Notes: generated by a model from the sequence alone, not told the origin. A stretch of 64,000 nucleotides of DNA from Candidatus Atelocyanobacterium thalassae (GCA_051971635.1 JBFPLN010000003.1:96001-160000); one strand, 5' to 3'. Positions 1-12,458 are shown, counted from the first letter of the stretch. Numbers and translations are program-made.

Positions 1-1109
1 AACTATTTATTAGCCCTATACACTTATTAGTTTTTCTATATTGGTCTGTTTCAGCAATAGCAGTTATTTATTCTCCTGTTAGAGGTGTGGCTTTTTCAGG
101 ATTTATAAAATTAACACTATACTTAATTTTCTTTGCTTGTACATCTCGTATTTTACGCTCATCTCGTCTAACAAATTGGTTAATTATATCTATTTTAGGA
201 TCTGGATTATTAGTAGGTACCTATGGAGTAAAGCAAAGATTTCTTGAGGTCAAACAATTAGCAACATGGAACGATCCAACTTCATATTTTTCTAATTCAA
301 TTAGAGTATATAGTTATTTGGGTAATCCTAATCTATTATCTGCATATATTTTGCCTACAATTGCTTTAAGTATAGCTGCATTTTTTATTTGGCAAAGAAC
401 ATTGCCTAAGTTATTAGCATTAACTATTTTTGCGGTTAATATTTCTTGTCTTTATTTTACGGGTAGCCGCAGTGGCTGGATAGCATTAGTGATTCTATTA
501 ATAGTATTTTCATCATTGCTGTTTACATGGTTTAAAGACAAACTTCCTGTATTTTGGCGTCAGTGGCTTCTACCTTTAACATTTGGAACCTTCATGAGCT
601 GTGTTTTTATTCTTATTGCTTCTAATGACGTTTTACAATCAAGAATTATGAGCATTTTTATTGGGAGAGCAGACAGTAGCAATAATTTTCGTATTAACGT
701 ATGGATATCAGTAGTAAATATGATAAAAGATTATCCTTTTTTCGGTATTGGCCCAGGAAATGAAGCATTTAGCAAAGTATATCCACTTTATATGAGTCCA
801 AAATATAGTGCTTTGAGTGCATATTCTATCTTTTTAGAAACTGCAGTAGAAATAGGATTAGTTGGATTAAGTGTTTTTGTTTGGCTCATTTTTACGATAC
901 TTAATCAAGGGATACAAATAATTAAACAATTTAAAAATAATAATAATTCTCATGGAATATGGTTAATTGCTTCAATATCTGCAATAGCTAGTTTATCGAT
1001 ACAAGGACTTTTTGATACTGTTTGGTATCGTCCACAAGTGAATACTCTATGGTGGTTCTTAATAGCTTTAATTGCGAGTCAACATGAATTATATAAAAAA
1101 GAGAACTGA
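1..1109 (+). CDS. ictB: IctB family / O-antigen ligase-like polytopic membrane protein, 5'-partial
   Basis: Frame is open from position 3 (LFISPIHLLVFLYWSVS...), so the gene starts before the window. Motifs LATWNDP, RVYSYLGNPNLL, DSSNNFRINVW, GIGPGNEAF and DTVWYRPQV are typical of cyanobacterial IctB. Confidence 0.85.
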   Translation, partial: LFISPIHLLVFLYWSVSAIAVIYSPVRGVAFSGFIKLTLYLIFFACTSRILRSSRLTNWLIISILGSGLLVGTYGVKQRFLEVKQLATWNDPTSYFSNSIRVYSYLGNPNLLSAYILPTIALSIAAFFIWQRTLPKLLALTIFAVNISCLYFTGSRSGWIALVILLIVFSSLLFTWFKDKLPVFWRQWLLPLTFGTFMSCVFILIASNDVLQSRIMSIFIGRADSSNNFRINVWISVVNMIKDYPFFGIGPGNEAFSKVYPLYMSPKYSALSAYSIFLETAVEIGLVGLSVFVWLIFTILNQGIQIIKQFKNNNNSHGIWLIASISAIASLSIQGLFDTVWYRPQVNTLWWFLIALIASQHELYKKEN

Positions 1110-1151
1110 TATATATACTTAATCAAGTTTAATAAATATAGTTCTAAGTTT

Positions 1152-1820
1152 TTATGAATAATCTTTCAAATATTTACTTTTCTGAAATTCTATATCGACT
1201 TGTTCTAATTCTCCTTCATTAATTTTCCAACATTTATCAGCTACTGCTAACAACTCAGAAGGATCATGAGAAACGATTATTAAAGTCCAGTGTTTTTTTA
1301 ATTTAAATACTAAATTAATTAATTGTTTATGCATTGACCAATCTAATCCTGCTGTTGGTTCATCTAGTAACAATAAATTAGGCTGACGAATTAGTTGAAC
1401 TGCTAGAGCTAACCTTCTTTGCTGTCCACCACTAATATTATGTGGAGAAGTACTTAATACAATATTTTGTAATCCTACTTCTTCTAGAGCAATTTCGACT
1501 TCTTCTCTAGTAATTTCTAAATGACCTAATCTTAGTTCTTCTAAAATATTACTGCCGCAAAAATGCCGTTCAGGAAATTGAAAAACTAACCCTGAAAGCT
1601 GTTGTAACTCAGAAGAGGTTATCTCTTGACCACTCCAACAAATTTTTCCTTGAGTCTGTTCTGCTAAGCCTGCAAGAATTTCTAATAGTGTAGTCTTTCC
1701 AGAGCCGCTAGGACCAATAATAACTCCTAGTTGTTGAAATCCTAATTCTAATGTAATAGATTTCAAAATAGGTTCAGCAGAAGCAGGAGGATGATATACG
1801 ATCTCTTTGAGATTAAGCAT
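1152..1820 (-). CDS. ABC transporter ATP-binding protein (ECF/CbiO-like)
   Basis: Walker A GPSGSGKTT, Q-loop VFQFPE, signature ISGGQQRR, Walker B LLLLDEPTAGLD, H-loop SHD. Start moved to ATG 1820 (MLNLKEI). Confidence 0.85.
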   Translation of the reverse strand: MLNLKEIVYHPPASAEPILKSITLELGFQQLGVIIGPSGSGKTTLLEILAGLAEQTQGKICWSGQEITSSELQQLSGLVFQFPERHFCGSNILEELRLGHLEITREEVEIALEEVGLQNIVLSTSPHNISGGQQRRLALAVQLIRQPNLLLLDEPTAGLDWSMHKQLINLVFKLKKHWTLIIVSHDPSELLAVADKCWKINEGELEQVDIEFQKSKYLKDYS

Positions 1821-1996
1821 TAGTATTATGTTTTGATAGCAATTAGATGTAAAAAACAATGGCATATTTACATATCATAAGATAGTAATTTAGGAGAATT
1901 ATATGTGCCCTTTAACCCTATAGAGAAATGAAACTAGTTTTCAGTATTCTCAACTAATGTTAATATAATTACTTTAAGTTAACTATATTAAATTTA

Positions 1997-2242
1997 ATGT
2001 CTGAAGAAGCCTTTTTTGAAAGTCCAGCTATTAGCCAAGAAGCACGATACGAACCAGCCACCGTTATTCCTATTAAGCGAGATTCCTCTATTATTAATTG
2101 GTTAGAAGCAACAAACCGTCTAATTTATCGTGAGCAAGAAGAAATTAAAACAACTCCAGAAGAAGACGCGGAAATTTCTGACTTAATAGATGTCGATGAA
2201 AGTTACGATGACGAGGATTTAAATTTAAATAGTAATGACTAG
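1997..2242 (+). CDS. Small acidic conserved cyanobacterial protein (DUF3134-like)
   Basis: 81 aa; RYEPATVIP and SIINWLEATNRLI motifs; acidic tail; lies directly upstream of mraY as in other cyanobacteria. Confidence 0.7.
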   Translation: MSEEAFFESPAISQEARYEPATVIPIKRDSSIINWLEATNRLIYREQEEIKTTPEEDAEISDLIDVDESYDDEDLNLNSND

Positions 2243-2337
2243 TATATAAAAAATAGTGTATAAAGACAGACAAAAAATATTTGTTTTCTCCGCTTGTCAT
2301 AATCTATGTTTAAGCTTAAAAAATTAAATTTTTGGTT

Positions 2338-3444
2338 ATGAATAAAATATTTTCTTTTTCAGTGTTTATAAAAAAAATATCAGAGAATAACTTATTGATA
2401 TTATTTGTTTTGATAAGTATCCTCTTAGCTGGAGGCTTTATCAAACTAGATAGTCAGGATGTAAGTTTTCATTATGTTCTGATATTGCCATTAGGAATTT
2501 CCATTTTTATAAGTAGTATTCTAGGCTATATTTCAATTCCATTATTAAAAAAATTGAAAATAGAACAGGTTATACAAGAAGATGGTGTAAAAAAGCATTT
2601 GAGTAAAGCCGGTACTCCGACAATGGGTGGTATATTCTTTATTCCAGTCGCTGTTTTAGTAACTTTAGTTTGGTCTCATTTCTCTCTTACTACTATTACA
2701 ATATCTTCCATAACTTTAGCTTATATGGCTATTGGATGGATTGATGATTGGTGTATTTTAAGACAAGGGTCAAACTTAGGGCTTTCTCCTCGTACAAAAT
2801 TATTCTTACAAATTATAGTTGCTATTGTTTTTTGTATATGGATAAAATGGAGTCAAATAATAACAATGGATAAAATTATATTACCTGGTAATATAATTTT
2901 AGAAGTAGAGATGTTATTCTGGCTTTTATCTATTTTTGTATTAGTTTCAGAAAGTAATGCCGTTAACCTCACAGATGGAATTGATGGTTTAGCTGGAGGA
3001 ACAAGCGCATTAACTTTTCTAGGATTAGGGATTTTAATTGCAGCTAGTTCACCCGAACTAAGCACTTTTTGTGCCTGTATCTCTGGAAGTTGTCTAGGTT
3101 TTGTAATTCACAATAAAAATCCTGCTAAAGTCTTTATGGGAGATACTGGGTCTTTAGCTTTGGGAGGAGCTCTTGCTGGAGTAGGAATTTTAAGTGGTCG
3201 CTTTTGGGAACTTTTTATTTTTAGTGGAATTTTTTTTACAGAATCTTTATCTGTAATTATTCAAGTTGTTTACTATAAGATAACTAAAGACAGCCAAGGA
3301 AAAGGAAAAAGATTTCTAAGGATGGCACCTTTGCACCATCATTTAGAATTAGTAGGGTGGTCTGAAAATAAGATTGTTAGAATATTTTATTTGATTAATA
3401 CGAGTTTAATCTTCTTAGTTCTAATTTTATACAGATACTTTTAA
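2338..3444 (+). CDS. mraY: Phospho-N-acetylmuramoyl-pentapeptide transferase
   Basis: KAGTPTMGG, GWIDD, SNAVNLTDGIDGLA, PAKVFMGDTGSLALG and MAPLHHHLE motifs. Start is ATG 2338 or TTG 2332. Confidence 0.97.
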   Translation: MNKIFSFSVFIKKISENNLLILFVLISILLAGGFIKLDSQDVSFHYVLILPLGISIFISSILGYISIPLLKKLKIEQVIQEDGVKKHLSKAGTPTMGGIFFIPVAVLVTLVWSHFSLTTITISSITLAYMAIGWIDDWCILRQGSNLGLSPRTKLFLQIIVAIVFCIWIKWSQIITMDKIILPGNIILEVEMLFWLLSIFVLVSESNAVNLTDGIDGLAGGTSALTFLGLGILIAASSPELSTFCACISGSCLGFVIHNKNPAKVFMGDTGSLALGGALAGVGILSGRFWELFIFSGIFFTESLSVIIQVVYYKITKDSQGKGKRFLRMAPLHHHLELVGWSENKIVRIFYLINTSLIFLVLILYRYF

Positions 3445-3480
3445 TAATTTTTCCATCCATAACAATACAATCAATTCTTT

Positions 3481-4275
3481 TTATAGATGTTGAGAACATA
3501 TCAATTCAATTTGATTCAAAGAATAGTTTTGACTACCATGATCATAACGCAACCACAGTAGATACTCAGTATTACCTGCAGGACCTTTAACAGGAGAATG
3601 AGTTAATCCACAGTATAACCATCCTAGATGATAGGAGATCTGTAATATTTTATAAATTGCTTCACAGTGATCTTTAAAATTACGAACAACCCCATTTTTT
3701 CCTATTTTAGACCGACCAACTTCAAACTGTGGTTTAACAAGTAAAATAACCTCTTTTGGGCTAATTAAAAGTTTTGATAAGGGTTCTAAAATTTTAGTTA
3801 ATGAAATAAAAGATACGTCTATAACTCCTAGGCTAGCTTGAGTATTTCCCTCGTATAAAACTTTAGGAGTAAGATGGCGAAAATTTGTTCTTTCCTTTAA
3901 AAATATTCTTTCGCTTTGTCTTAATGACCAAGCAACCTGTCCATAGCCTACATCTACTCCGTATACTAGACGAGCTCCTGACTGCAATAAGCAGTCACTA
4001 AAGCCTCCTGTCGAAATACCTCCATCGAGACAAATTCTGTCTACTACGGAAATTTGAAAAATTTTAAGAGCTTTCTCAAGCTTTTTTCCCCCACGCGAAA
4101 CATATGGAGATTTGATCTTGACTTCAATTTTGGCTTTTACATCAATTTCTGTTCCAGGTTTATCAATAATTCTTTGATCAATTTTAACTTCTCCAGCACG
4201 AATACATCTTTGTGCTTGCTGACGAGAAGTACATAAATTTTTCTCTACTAGAAGAATATCAAGTCGTTTTTTCAA
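3481..4275 (-). CDS. tlyA: TlyA family rRNA methyltransferase
   Basis: S4 domain KKRLDILL, YVSRGGKKL, LDGGISTGGFSD, DVSFISL, LVKPQFE, GNTEYL. Confidence 0.93.
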   Translation of the reverse strand: MKKRLDILLVEKNLCTSRQQAQRCIRAGEVKIDQRIIDKPGTEIDVKAKIEVKIKSPYVSRGGKKLEKALKIFQISVVDRICLDGGISTGGFSDCLLQSGARLVYGVDVGYGQVAWSLRQSERIFLKERTNFRHLTPKVLYEGNTQASLGVIDVSFISLTKILEPLSKLLISPKEVILLVKPQFEVGRSKIGKNGVVRNFKDHCEAIYKILQISYHLGWLYCGLTHSPVKGPAGNTEYLLWLRYDHGSQNYSLNQIELICSQHL

Positions 4276-4475
4276 GATATATAACTATAGGCTTAATTAC
4301 TTAATTGTAAAAAATATATATTGTCTAGACAAGTATTAATCTTAAAACTTTTAGTTCTCTTTATATGATTCATATAGGAATCAATAACCTAATGGTTGAA
4401 GTACTTGTTATATGATATAGATCAGGAAAAAATCAAAAATATAATTAACATTCAATCAACTTAATTAATTTCAAT

Positions 4476-5654
4476 ATGAAATTTGTCTGTAGCCAAAGTG
4501 ATTTTAGCAATAATTTATCTTTAGTTAGTCGAGCAGTTCCCATTCGACCTACTCATCCTATTCTGGCAAATGTTCTAATGATTGCAGATGCCACAAAACA
4601 AAAAATTAGTCTAACTGCATTTGACTTAAGCCTGGGTATTGAGACTAGCTTTGATGCGAATATTAGTGAAGAAGGTCGAACAACTCTGCCAGCGAAACTT
4701 CTTAACGATATAGTGTCCCGGCTACCTGAAGGACAGATAAGTCTCACAAGTGAAGAAACAAAAAATGACCAAACAGGTTTATTATATCTTAAGTCAGCAT
4801 CGGGTAAATTTCAGATAAGAACAATAAGTGCAAATGAATTTCCTCCTTTACCAAGCATTGAAAATAACGAATTCATTGAACTACCTGTTCTTACAATAAT
4901 GGAAGGATTAAGGGGTGTACTGTTTGCATCAAGTAGTGATGAACTCAAACAAGTATTGACTGGGGTTCACTTAAAAGGAACTACTGATAGCTTAGAATTC
5001 GCTGCGACAGATGGCCATAGATTATCGGTAGTAGAAGCCATATTATCATCAGAAACAAGTAATTATGAAGAAGAAAAAGCTACCAAAATTAAAAGCTTAG
5101 ATAAATTCTCAGTTACAATTCCTGCGAGAGCTTTGAGAGAACTAGAAAAGATTATTCATAATAATAGTGATTCTAAAGTTATTCGATTACAAATAGATGA
5201 TGTTCAAGTCATATTTTATTTAGGAAAGCAAAAATTGACTATTCGTAAATTAGATGGAGACTATCCAAAATATCATATGTTAATACCAAAACAGTTTAAA
5301 CACATTATAAGTTTGGACAGAAAATTTTTTTTAAATAGTCTTGAAAGAGTAGCTGTCTTGACAAGTCAAAAAAACAACTTAGTAAAATGTGTTTTTAATC
5401 ATGAAGAACAAATGATTCTTTTATCTGTAGAGACTCAAGACTTAGGTAGTGCTGAAGAGTCAATAAAGGCAAAAATAACAGGGAAGAGTGGTGATATAGC
5501 TTTTAATATTAAATATTTAATGGACGGCCTAAAAGCTTTATCTACTAAAGAAATTAAAATGCAACTTAATGAAGGAAATAAACCAGTCATTTTTAATCCT
5601 TTAGGTGGTTTAAAAATGACATATTTAGTAATGCCAGTTCAAATAGTTAAATGA
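4476..5654 (+). CDS. dnaN: DNA polymerase III beta clamp
   Basis: PTHPILANVL, ATDGHRL, FNIKYLMDGL and C-terminal YLVMPVQ. Confidence 0.97.
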   Translation: MKFVCSQSDFSNNLSLVSRAVPIRPTHPILANVLMIADATKQKISLTAFDLSLGIETSFDANISEEGRTTLPAKLLNDIVSRLPEGQISLTSEETKNDQTGLLYLKSASGKFQIRTISANEFPPLPSIENNEFIELPVLTIMEGLRGVLFASSSDELKQVLTGVHLKGTTDSLEFAATDGHRLSVVEAILSSETSNYEEEKATKIKSLDKFSVTIPARALRELEKIIHNNSDSKVIRLQIDDVQVIFYLGKQKLTIRKLDGDYPKYHMLIPKQFKHIISLDRKFFLNSLERVAVLTSQKNNLVKCVFNHEEQMILLSVETQDLGSAEESIKAKITGKSGDIAFNIKYLMDGLKALSTKEIKMQLNEGNKPVIFNPLGGLKMTYLVMPVQIVK

Positions 5655-5708
5655 ATATTCACTTTTAGGACACCTTATACTTTTTTTCAACTTTTGTCTT
5701 AATTAAGA

Positions 5709-5744
5709 ATATCTTTTGATAATTTATTAACTATCAAAAGATAT
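5709..5744. terminator. Inverted repeat between convergent dnaN and menD (probable bidirectional terminator)
   Basis: 13-bp arms ATATCTTTTGATA / TATCAAAAGATAT with a 10-nt loop. Confidence 0.5.
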
Positions 5745-5751
5745 CTTTAAC

Positions 5752-7518
5752 TTAATATATAAGTTTATATAAATTATTTTTTAACCAATCAGTATCTTCT
5801 TTCCGTTTAACTTTTAATTCTAGAACACGTACTCCAGAGTGGGGTAAAGGATTTAATAACTGCTTCAAATATTGCCAATCTTGAATATTAATGTGTTTAA
5901 TATTGTAGGTATTACAAAGCTTTACAAAGTCGATATTTTGAGGAGTAGCAAAGTAGTTTTCAAATAAAGACTTATCTTTAGAAATAGGTAACATCTCAAA
6001 AATACCTCCTCCACTATTATTTATTAAAATAATAGTTAGATGTCCTTTAAATTTTGTATTGATAAGAAATCCATTCGTATCGTGTAATAGAGCTAAGTCT
6101 CCAGTGACTAAAATATTATTGCTACTATTTTGAGCCATACCCAAGGCACTAGATAAAGTGCCATCTATCCCATTGGCACCCCGGTTAAAATATGGTATCA
6201 GTTTTTTATTATTGGGTAACCAAAAAAATTCTGCATAGCGTACCGACATACTGTTAGCAATAAAAACTTTAGTTTGATAAGGTAGTGTCTTAGAAAGAAC
6301 GAAAGGTAATTTTGCTTGCAATATTGAATCTATTCCAGTAAAAACTGACTCAATATTTTTGTTAATACTATCATTTACTGTCTTCCATTTTGTTAAGTAA
6401 TCTAAATGCAATTCTTTAGATACAGTATTTTTTATATTTCTTAGATCTAAATTCTCGACAGACGAACATATCGAGAAACTATGGTTATGAAGTGGATCAA
6501 AATTATCTGAAGAGCTATCAATTAACCAATATTGAACTTGAATTTTTTCTAACCATTCTCGTAATCTCTTACTAGTAGGTAATTGTCCAAACTGAATAAC
6601 TATATCTGGCTTAAGGGATTGCTGTAACTCTTGACTGTATAGGATAGTATCATAAGTATTTATTAAATTAGGAGCTTTACTAGCAAAATTTCTTAGCGGA
6701 GATAAAGCTTCTACTAAAATTGGATAGTTTAAAAATTTAGAAATAAGAGCAATGTTTTCACAATAAAGAGATGGATTAGTAGAATTATTTACTCCCGCAA
6801 TAATAATTCCTTTTTCTATAGCTTTCCATTCATTTAAGTAGTTAGATATATCAAATTTAAAATAATGTCTTGAATATATATTGGTATGTTTATCAATATC
6901 GAGAAAAAAGTTTTTAAAATCTGTCTCAGAAGAATATGTTTTATGTTTAGCTTCTAGTTGAGTTAATGGTGTTAGAGGTTCGCGAAAAGGACAATTTAAA
7001 TGAACAACGCCTCTATTCGGTAAAAAGGATTTGTTCCAAGCAGAAATTATAGTTTGTCTTAAATAGTTTAGTAATTTCATTTCTATAGAAGGCAAAGATA
7101 ATTCAGTATACCAATTACAATAACTACCATATAATTTTACTTGGTCAATCGATTGTCCAGCATGACAATCTCTTAATTCCGGAGGACGATCTGCAGTCAA
7201 AATTAATAGTGCAGTTCTACTTTCCTTTGCTTCTATGACTGCCGGGTAAAAATTTGCTCCTGCCGTTCCCGAAGTACAAATTAAAACTACAGGTAGACAG
7301 GAACGTTTTGCTATACCTAGTGCAAAAAAAGATGCTGATCTCTCATCTAAGATTGGTATAGTTTCTATATTAGGATGATTCGCAAACGCTATAGTAAGAG
7401 GTGTTGAACGAGAACCAGGACAAATAATAGCCGTTTTTAAACCTAAATTAAATAAAGTTTCTGCAACAATAGAAGACCATAAGGTATTAGTATTACGAAA
7501 ATCAAGGTTGTTTATCAA
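5752..7518 (-). CDS. menD: SEPHCHC synthase (phylloquinone/menaquinone biosynthesis)
   Basis: ICPGSRSTPL, DERSASFFALG, CTSGTAGAN, TADRP, NRGANGIDG, GDLALLHD. Probable start TTG 7518 just before the conserved DFRNTNTLW; the ORF-track extension to 7638 is likely an artefact. Confidence 0.95.
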   Translation of the reverse strand: MINNLDFRNTNTLWSSIVAETLFNLGLKTAIICPGSRSTPLTIAFANHPNIETIPILDERSASFFALGIAKRSCLPVVLICTSGTAGANFYPAVIEAKESRTALLILTADRPPELRDCHAGQSIDQVKLYGSYCNWYTELSLPSIEMKLLNYLRQTIISAWNKSFLPNRGVVHLNCPFREPLTPLTQLEAKHKTYSSETDFKNFFLDIDKHTNIYSRHYFKFDISNYLNEWKAIEKGIIIAGVNNSTNPSLYCENIALISKFLNYPILVEALSPLRNFASKAPNLINTYDTILYSQELQQSLKPDIVIQFGQLPTSKRLREWLEKIQVQYWLIDSSSDNFDPLHNHSFSICSSVENLDLRNIKNTVSKELHLDYLTKWKTVNDSINKNIESVFTGIDSILQAKLPFVLSKTLPYQTKVFIANSMSVRYAEFFWLPNNKKLIPYFNRGANGIDGTLSSALGMAQNSSNNILVTGDLALLHDTNGFLINTKFKGHLTIILINNSGGGIFEMLPISKDKSLFENYFATPQNIDFVKLCNTYNIKHINIQDWQYLKQLLNPLPHSGVRVLELKVKRKEDTDWLKNNLYKLIY

Positions 7519-7902
7519 TTTATTGCATCTAAAATTCACTATAGTTTTCCTAACTAATAATGTTAGGCCAAAAACTGTATTAGTTAGGAGGATTTTAGCT
7601 GTTAATTTCAAAGTTTTTGTTCTATATAACAAACTCACTTCTTAGGTATTTAACAGCTATAAAAATGAAAGCTCTTAAGCTAAAGATATAAGTCATATAT
7701 TTAACTCACTTACCACATGAAGAAAATCTTAGCTTATTTCAGTTTTTAAAGAATAAGTTCGGAGATTTTTTCTGTAGAATGAACTTAAATTTATTCTAAA
7801 AGTATTTTAAATTGTTATTGTAAAAATAATGTATGACATAACTTTAAAAACTTCATTTTAAAGTGAAAAACAGTACAAGTAATTGACTATTAATAACTTA
7901 TT

Positions 7903-7939
7903 AAAATAAAAAAGGCGTTTAGAATTATTCTAAATGCCT
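7903..7939 (-). terminator. Rho-independent terminator of the atp operon
   Basis: Stem AGGCGTTTAGAA / TCTAAATGCCT (7913-7939) followed by a T-run on the minus strand, about 35 nt after the gamma subunit stop. Confidence 0.75.
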
Positions 7940-7972
7940 CATATCTTGAATATTACAGATTCCAAATATAAT

Positions 7973-8917
7973 CTATAATGCATTTGCTCCAGCAACTACT
8001 TCCATTAACTGCTGAGTAATCGCTGCTTGACGAGCTTTATTGTATGACATTGTTAGAGATTTAGCTAGTTGGGTAGCATTCTCACTAGCATTGCTCATAG
8101 CAGTCATTCTAGCTGCTAATTCGCTTGCAGCTGATTCTTGTAACGCTCTAAGCAACTGATTATTAATATATAGAGGCAATAAAGCATCTAAAATTTGAAC
8201 TGGATCTTGCTCAAAAATCATATCTTGAGATAGGTTCTGAACAGGTTGTTCTATAGTTTCTCGCTCAACTTGGAAATCACCCTCACGAGTTATTAAACGA
8301 AAAATTTCGTCATCTTCAGCTTCTAATCCTTGTAAATCTAAAGGAGCTAGAGTTTGTACAACTGGACTAGAATTAATTAGAGAAACAAAACGAGTGTAAA
8401 CTAATTCAACTCGGTCTACAGTCTCTGACAAAAATAAAGATACTAGTTCTTCAGAAATAGGTGTCGCATCATTACTCGTTGGAATTTGCTCCAAACCTAT
8501 ATATTTTGCTTTTATAGATACCTGTCTTTTTGAAAAGTATTGAGTAGGCTTACGTCCAACAGTTATCAGGCAAGAATTAATTCCCTGATCCTGTAATTCT
8601 TTAATACGCTTTTCTGCTCGGCGAATAACATAACTGTTATAGCCTCCACACAATCCACGGTCCCCTGCAATCACCACAACCGCTACAGTTTTTACTGTTC
8701 TCTGTCTCAATAGAGATATATCAACATCTCCACATTTTAAGCGATTTAGTAGATTGTAAAGAACATTAGCTAAAATATTAGCGAAGGGCCGAGTAGAAAC
8801 AACTCTTTCTTGAGCGCGGCGAACTTTAGCCGCTGCTACCAAGCGCATAGCTTCAGTAATTTTTTTGGTATTCTTGACCGATTCAATACGATCTCGGATA
8901 GCTTTAAGATTGGCCAT
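7973..8917 (-). CDS. atpG: ATP synthase F1 gamma subunit (cyanobacterial atpC)
   Basis: [23 protein letters not shown], cyanobacterial insert [28 protein letters not shown]. Confidence 0.98.
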   Translation of the reverse strand: MANLKAIRDRIESVKNTKKITEAMRLVAAAKVRRAQERVVSTRPFANILANVLYNLLNRLKCGDVDISLLRQRTVKTVAVVVIAGDRGLCGGYNSYVIRRAEKRIKELQDQGINSCLITVGRKPTQYFSKRQVSIKAKYIGLEQIPTSNDATPISEELVSLFLSETVDRVELVYTRFVSLINSSPVVQTLAPLDLQGLEAEDDEIFRLITREGDFQVERETIEQPVQNLSQDMIFEQDPVQILDALLPLYINNQLLRALQESAASELAARMTAMSNASENATQLAKSLTMSYNKARQAAITQQLMEVVAGANAL

Positions 8918-8980
8918 AATATTTAGTAATTATTTATCGGACTCTCGTTATATTGAATCTGGAGCTAATTTTTTAGTTTT

Positions 8981-9015
8981 TAAGTAAGGGTAAACTTAAT
9001 GTTTACCCTTACTTA
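8981..9015. promoter_or_regulatory. Perfect stem-loop immediately 3' of atpA
   Basis: 15-bp arms TAAGTAAGGGTAAAC / GTTTACCCTTACTTA with a 5-nt loop; no U-tract on the transcribed strand. Confidence 0.6.
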
Positions 9016-9016
9016 A

Positions 9017-10555
<1,539 letters not shown>

Positions 10556-10571
10556 CTACAATGAGAGAAAA

Positions 10572-11129
10572 TTATAAGGTTCCGCTAAGACTTACACTTA
10601 TACGTCGTAACTGACCTCGAAGACTAGCATCAAATACTTGGGAGCCAATTTTGATAATGAACCCTCCAATCAAATCAGGATCCTTACCTATCTCCATTTC
10701 TACTGATTCAGCCCCAGTCAAACCTTTAATTTTATCGCTAATAGCAGAACGCTGTTCCTCGCTTATTTCAGTCGTAACAGTCACTTCAGCGAGAACAGTG
10801 TTGGTTAATTTTCTTGCCAAAGCTATGTATCTTTGGCAGGTAAATTGAAGCAAAGCAATTCTTCGCTTTTCTATTAGGAGCATTACAAAATTACGGAAAT
10901 ACTGATGAGTATTCTTCCCAAGTATCTTGTTTAATACAGATTTTTTATCCTCATCTTGAATAACAGGAGAACTAATAAAAGCTCTTAACTCTGAGGAATC
11001 TTCAAGAATCTGCAAGACAGTTCTACAGTCTTGTTCAACTAATCTTGTGATTTTATGGGATTCGGCAATAGACATCATAGCTTGAGCATAGGGCTCTGCA
11101 ATTTCTGCATTAACTAGTGATCCTTTCAC
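10572..11129 (-). CDS. atpH: ATP synthase F1 delta subunit (cyanobacterial atpD)
   Basis: AEPYAQA, DPDLIGG, DASLRGQL; operon position. Confidence 0.95.
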   Translation of the reverse strand: MKGSLVNAEIAEPYAQAMMSIAESHKITRLVEQDCRTVLQILEDSSELRAFISSPVIQDEDKKSVLNKILGKNTHQYFRNFVMLLIEKRRIALLQFTCQRYIALARKLTNTVLAEVTVTTEISEEQRSAISDKIKGLTGAESVEMEIGKDPDLIGGFIIKIGSQVFDASLRGQLRRISVSLSGTL

Positions 11130-11665
11130 TACGAACCTCCTAACCGATCGATGTTACGCTTAATAAGCATTTGTTGAGCATTATTATCAACTTTGGTTTT
11201 CAATTGCTCTTCTGCCTTAACAACAGCTTGTTCTGCGATTTGTTTCTTTAGCTGTGCGATTACTCTTTCTTGCTCAGATGAAAGATCTGCAGCAGCAGTT
11301 TCTTTAAGACGGATAATGTCTTGTTCATTCTGAGCTAAAATTTCAGCTTTAATAGCTACAGCCCTTTCTTGAGCAGCCTTATAAATTTTTTCTGCTTCAA
11401 TTTGGGCTTGAGCTAATTTTTTCTCTTCTTGAGCTAGAGAAGTAATTGCTTGCTGTTGTTTTTTTTCAGCCTCTTGAATGGACAAAGCTATTGATTGGTG
11501 CCTTTCGCTGAGGGTATCTCCTATAACTTTACGTCCGTAAAATACTAGAATACCAACAAGAATGGCTAAATTGAAAATGTTACTTTCCAAAAAATCGAAA
11601 TGGAACCCAATTAAGGGTCCATTCTCAGCGTGACTTTCAGCGACTAATAATAAGGAATCGATCAT
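11129..11665 (-). CDS. atpF: ATP synthase Fo b subunit
   Basis: FDFLESNIFNLAIL transmembrane segment followed by a coiled coil; operon position. Confidence 0.93.
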   Translation of the reverse strand: MIDSLLLVAESHAENGPLIGFHFDFLESNIFNLAILVGILVFYGRKVIGDTLSERHQSIALSIQEAEKKQQQAITSLAQEEKKLAQAQIEAEKIYKAAQERAVAIKAEILAQNEQDIIRLKETAAADLSSEQERVIAQLKKQIAEQAVVKAEEQLKTKVDNNAQQMLIKRNIDRLGGS

Positions 11666-11694
11666 ACCAGTTGATCACCCAAAGGACGGCGTCG

Positions 11695-12126
11695 TTACTT
11701 GATTAACTCTGGACCTAAAAGCTTTTCTAGAATTTGATGACTTAAGATATCAACTTGTTTTTCTAGAACTTTTAGAGCATCTTGGCGCTGTTGTGCAATC
11801 TCTTTAGCAACAGCTTCTTTCTTAGCTTGGGCTTCTTGTTGAGCAATAACAATTGCTTCATTAGCAATTTTTTTAGCCTTTGATTGAGCTGAAATAACAA
11901 TCTCTTGAGATTGTTTTCTTGTCTCTGATAATTGTTGTTCATACTGAGCAGCTAGCTCTCTAGCTTTCTCTAAATGCTCTTTTCCACCTATTTCTTGCTG
12001 ACGAATATAATCAGCTCGTTTGTCTAGTACCTCATTAAGAGGTTTGTAAAAAATCGCATTTAGAACAACTGCTAATAGGATGAATTGCAATGCCATAACG
12101 GGCAAAGTTGCGTCAAAATCAAACAT
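11695..12126 (-). CDS. atpF2: ATP synthase Fo b' subunit (cyanobacterial atpG)
   Basis: N-terminus [15 protein letters not shown] is diagnostic of b'. Confidence 0.95.
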   Translation of the reverse strand: MFDFDATLPVMALQFILLAVVLNAIFYKPLNEVLDKRADYIRQQEIGGKEHLEKARELAAQYEQQLSETRKQSQEIVISAQSKAKKIANEAIVIAQQEAQAKKEAVAKEIAQQRQDALKVLEKQVDILSHQILEKLLGPELIK

Positions 12127-12160
12127 AACTTACTCAACTAGATCTTTTATTTTATGATTG

Positions 12161-12184
12161 AGAGGCAGCCGTACGGCTGCCTCT
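12161..12184. promoter_or_regulatory. GC-rich perfect palindrome/hairpin 3' of the c-subunit gene
   Basis: AGAGGCAGCCGT|ACGGCTGCCTCT (24 bp), 16 nt after the atpE stop; no U-tract on the minus strand. Confidence 0.65.
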
Positions 12185-12200
12185 ATTAATCGACTAAATC

Positions 12201-12458
<258 letters not shown>

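Noticed and set aside
1..1109. IctB as a bicarbonate transporter (evidence for a CCM)
   Set aside because: The name is historical; the family is O-antigen-ligase-like and a transport role is not established.
4276..4475. oriC upstream of dnaN
   Set aside because: No TT(A/T)TNCACA DnaA boxes are visible; AT-richness alone is uninformative in this genome.
7519..7638. N-terminal extensions in the ORF track (menD here; also atpA, atpB, frr, DUF1995 and the desaturase/SDR)
   Set aside because: These are longest-ORF artefacts; conserved N-termini begin at downstream start codons.
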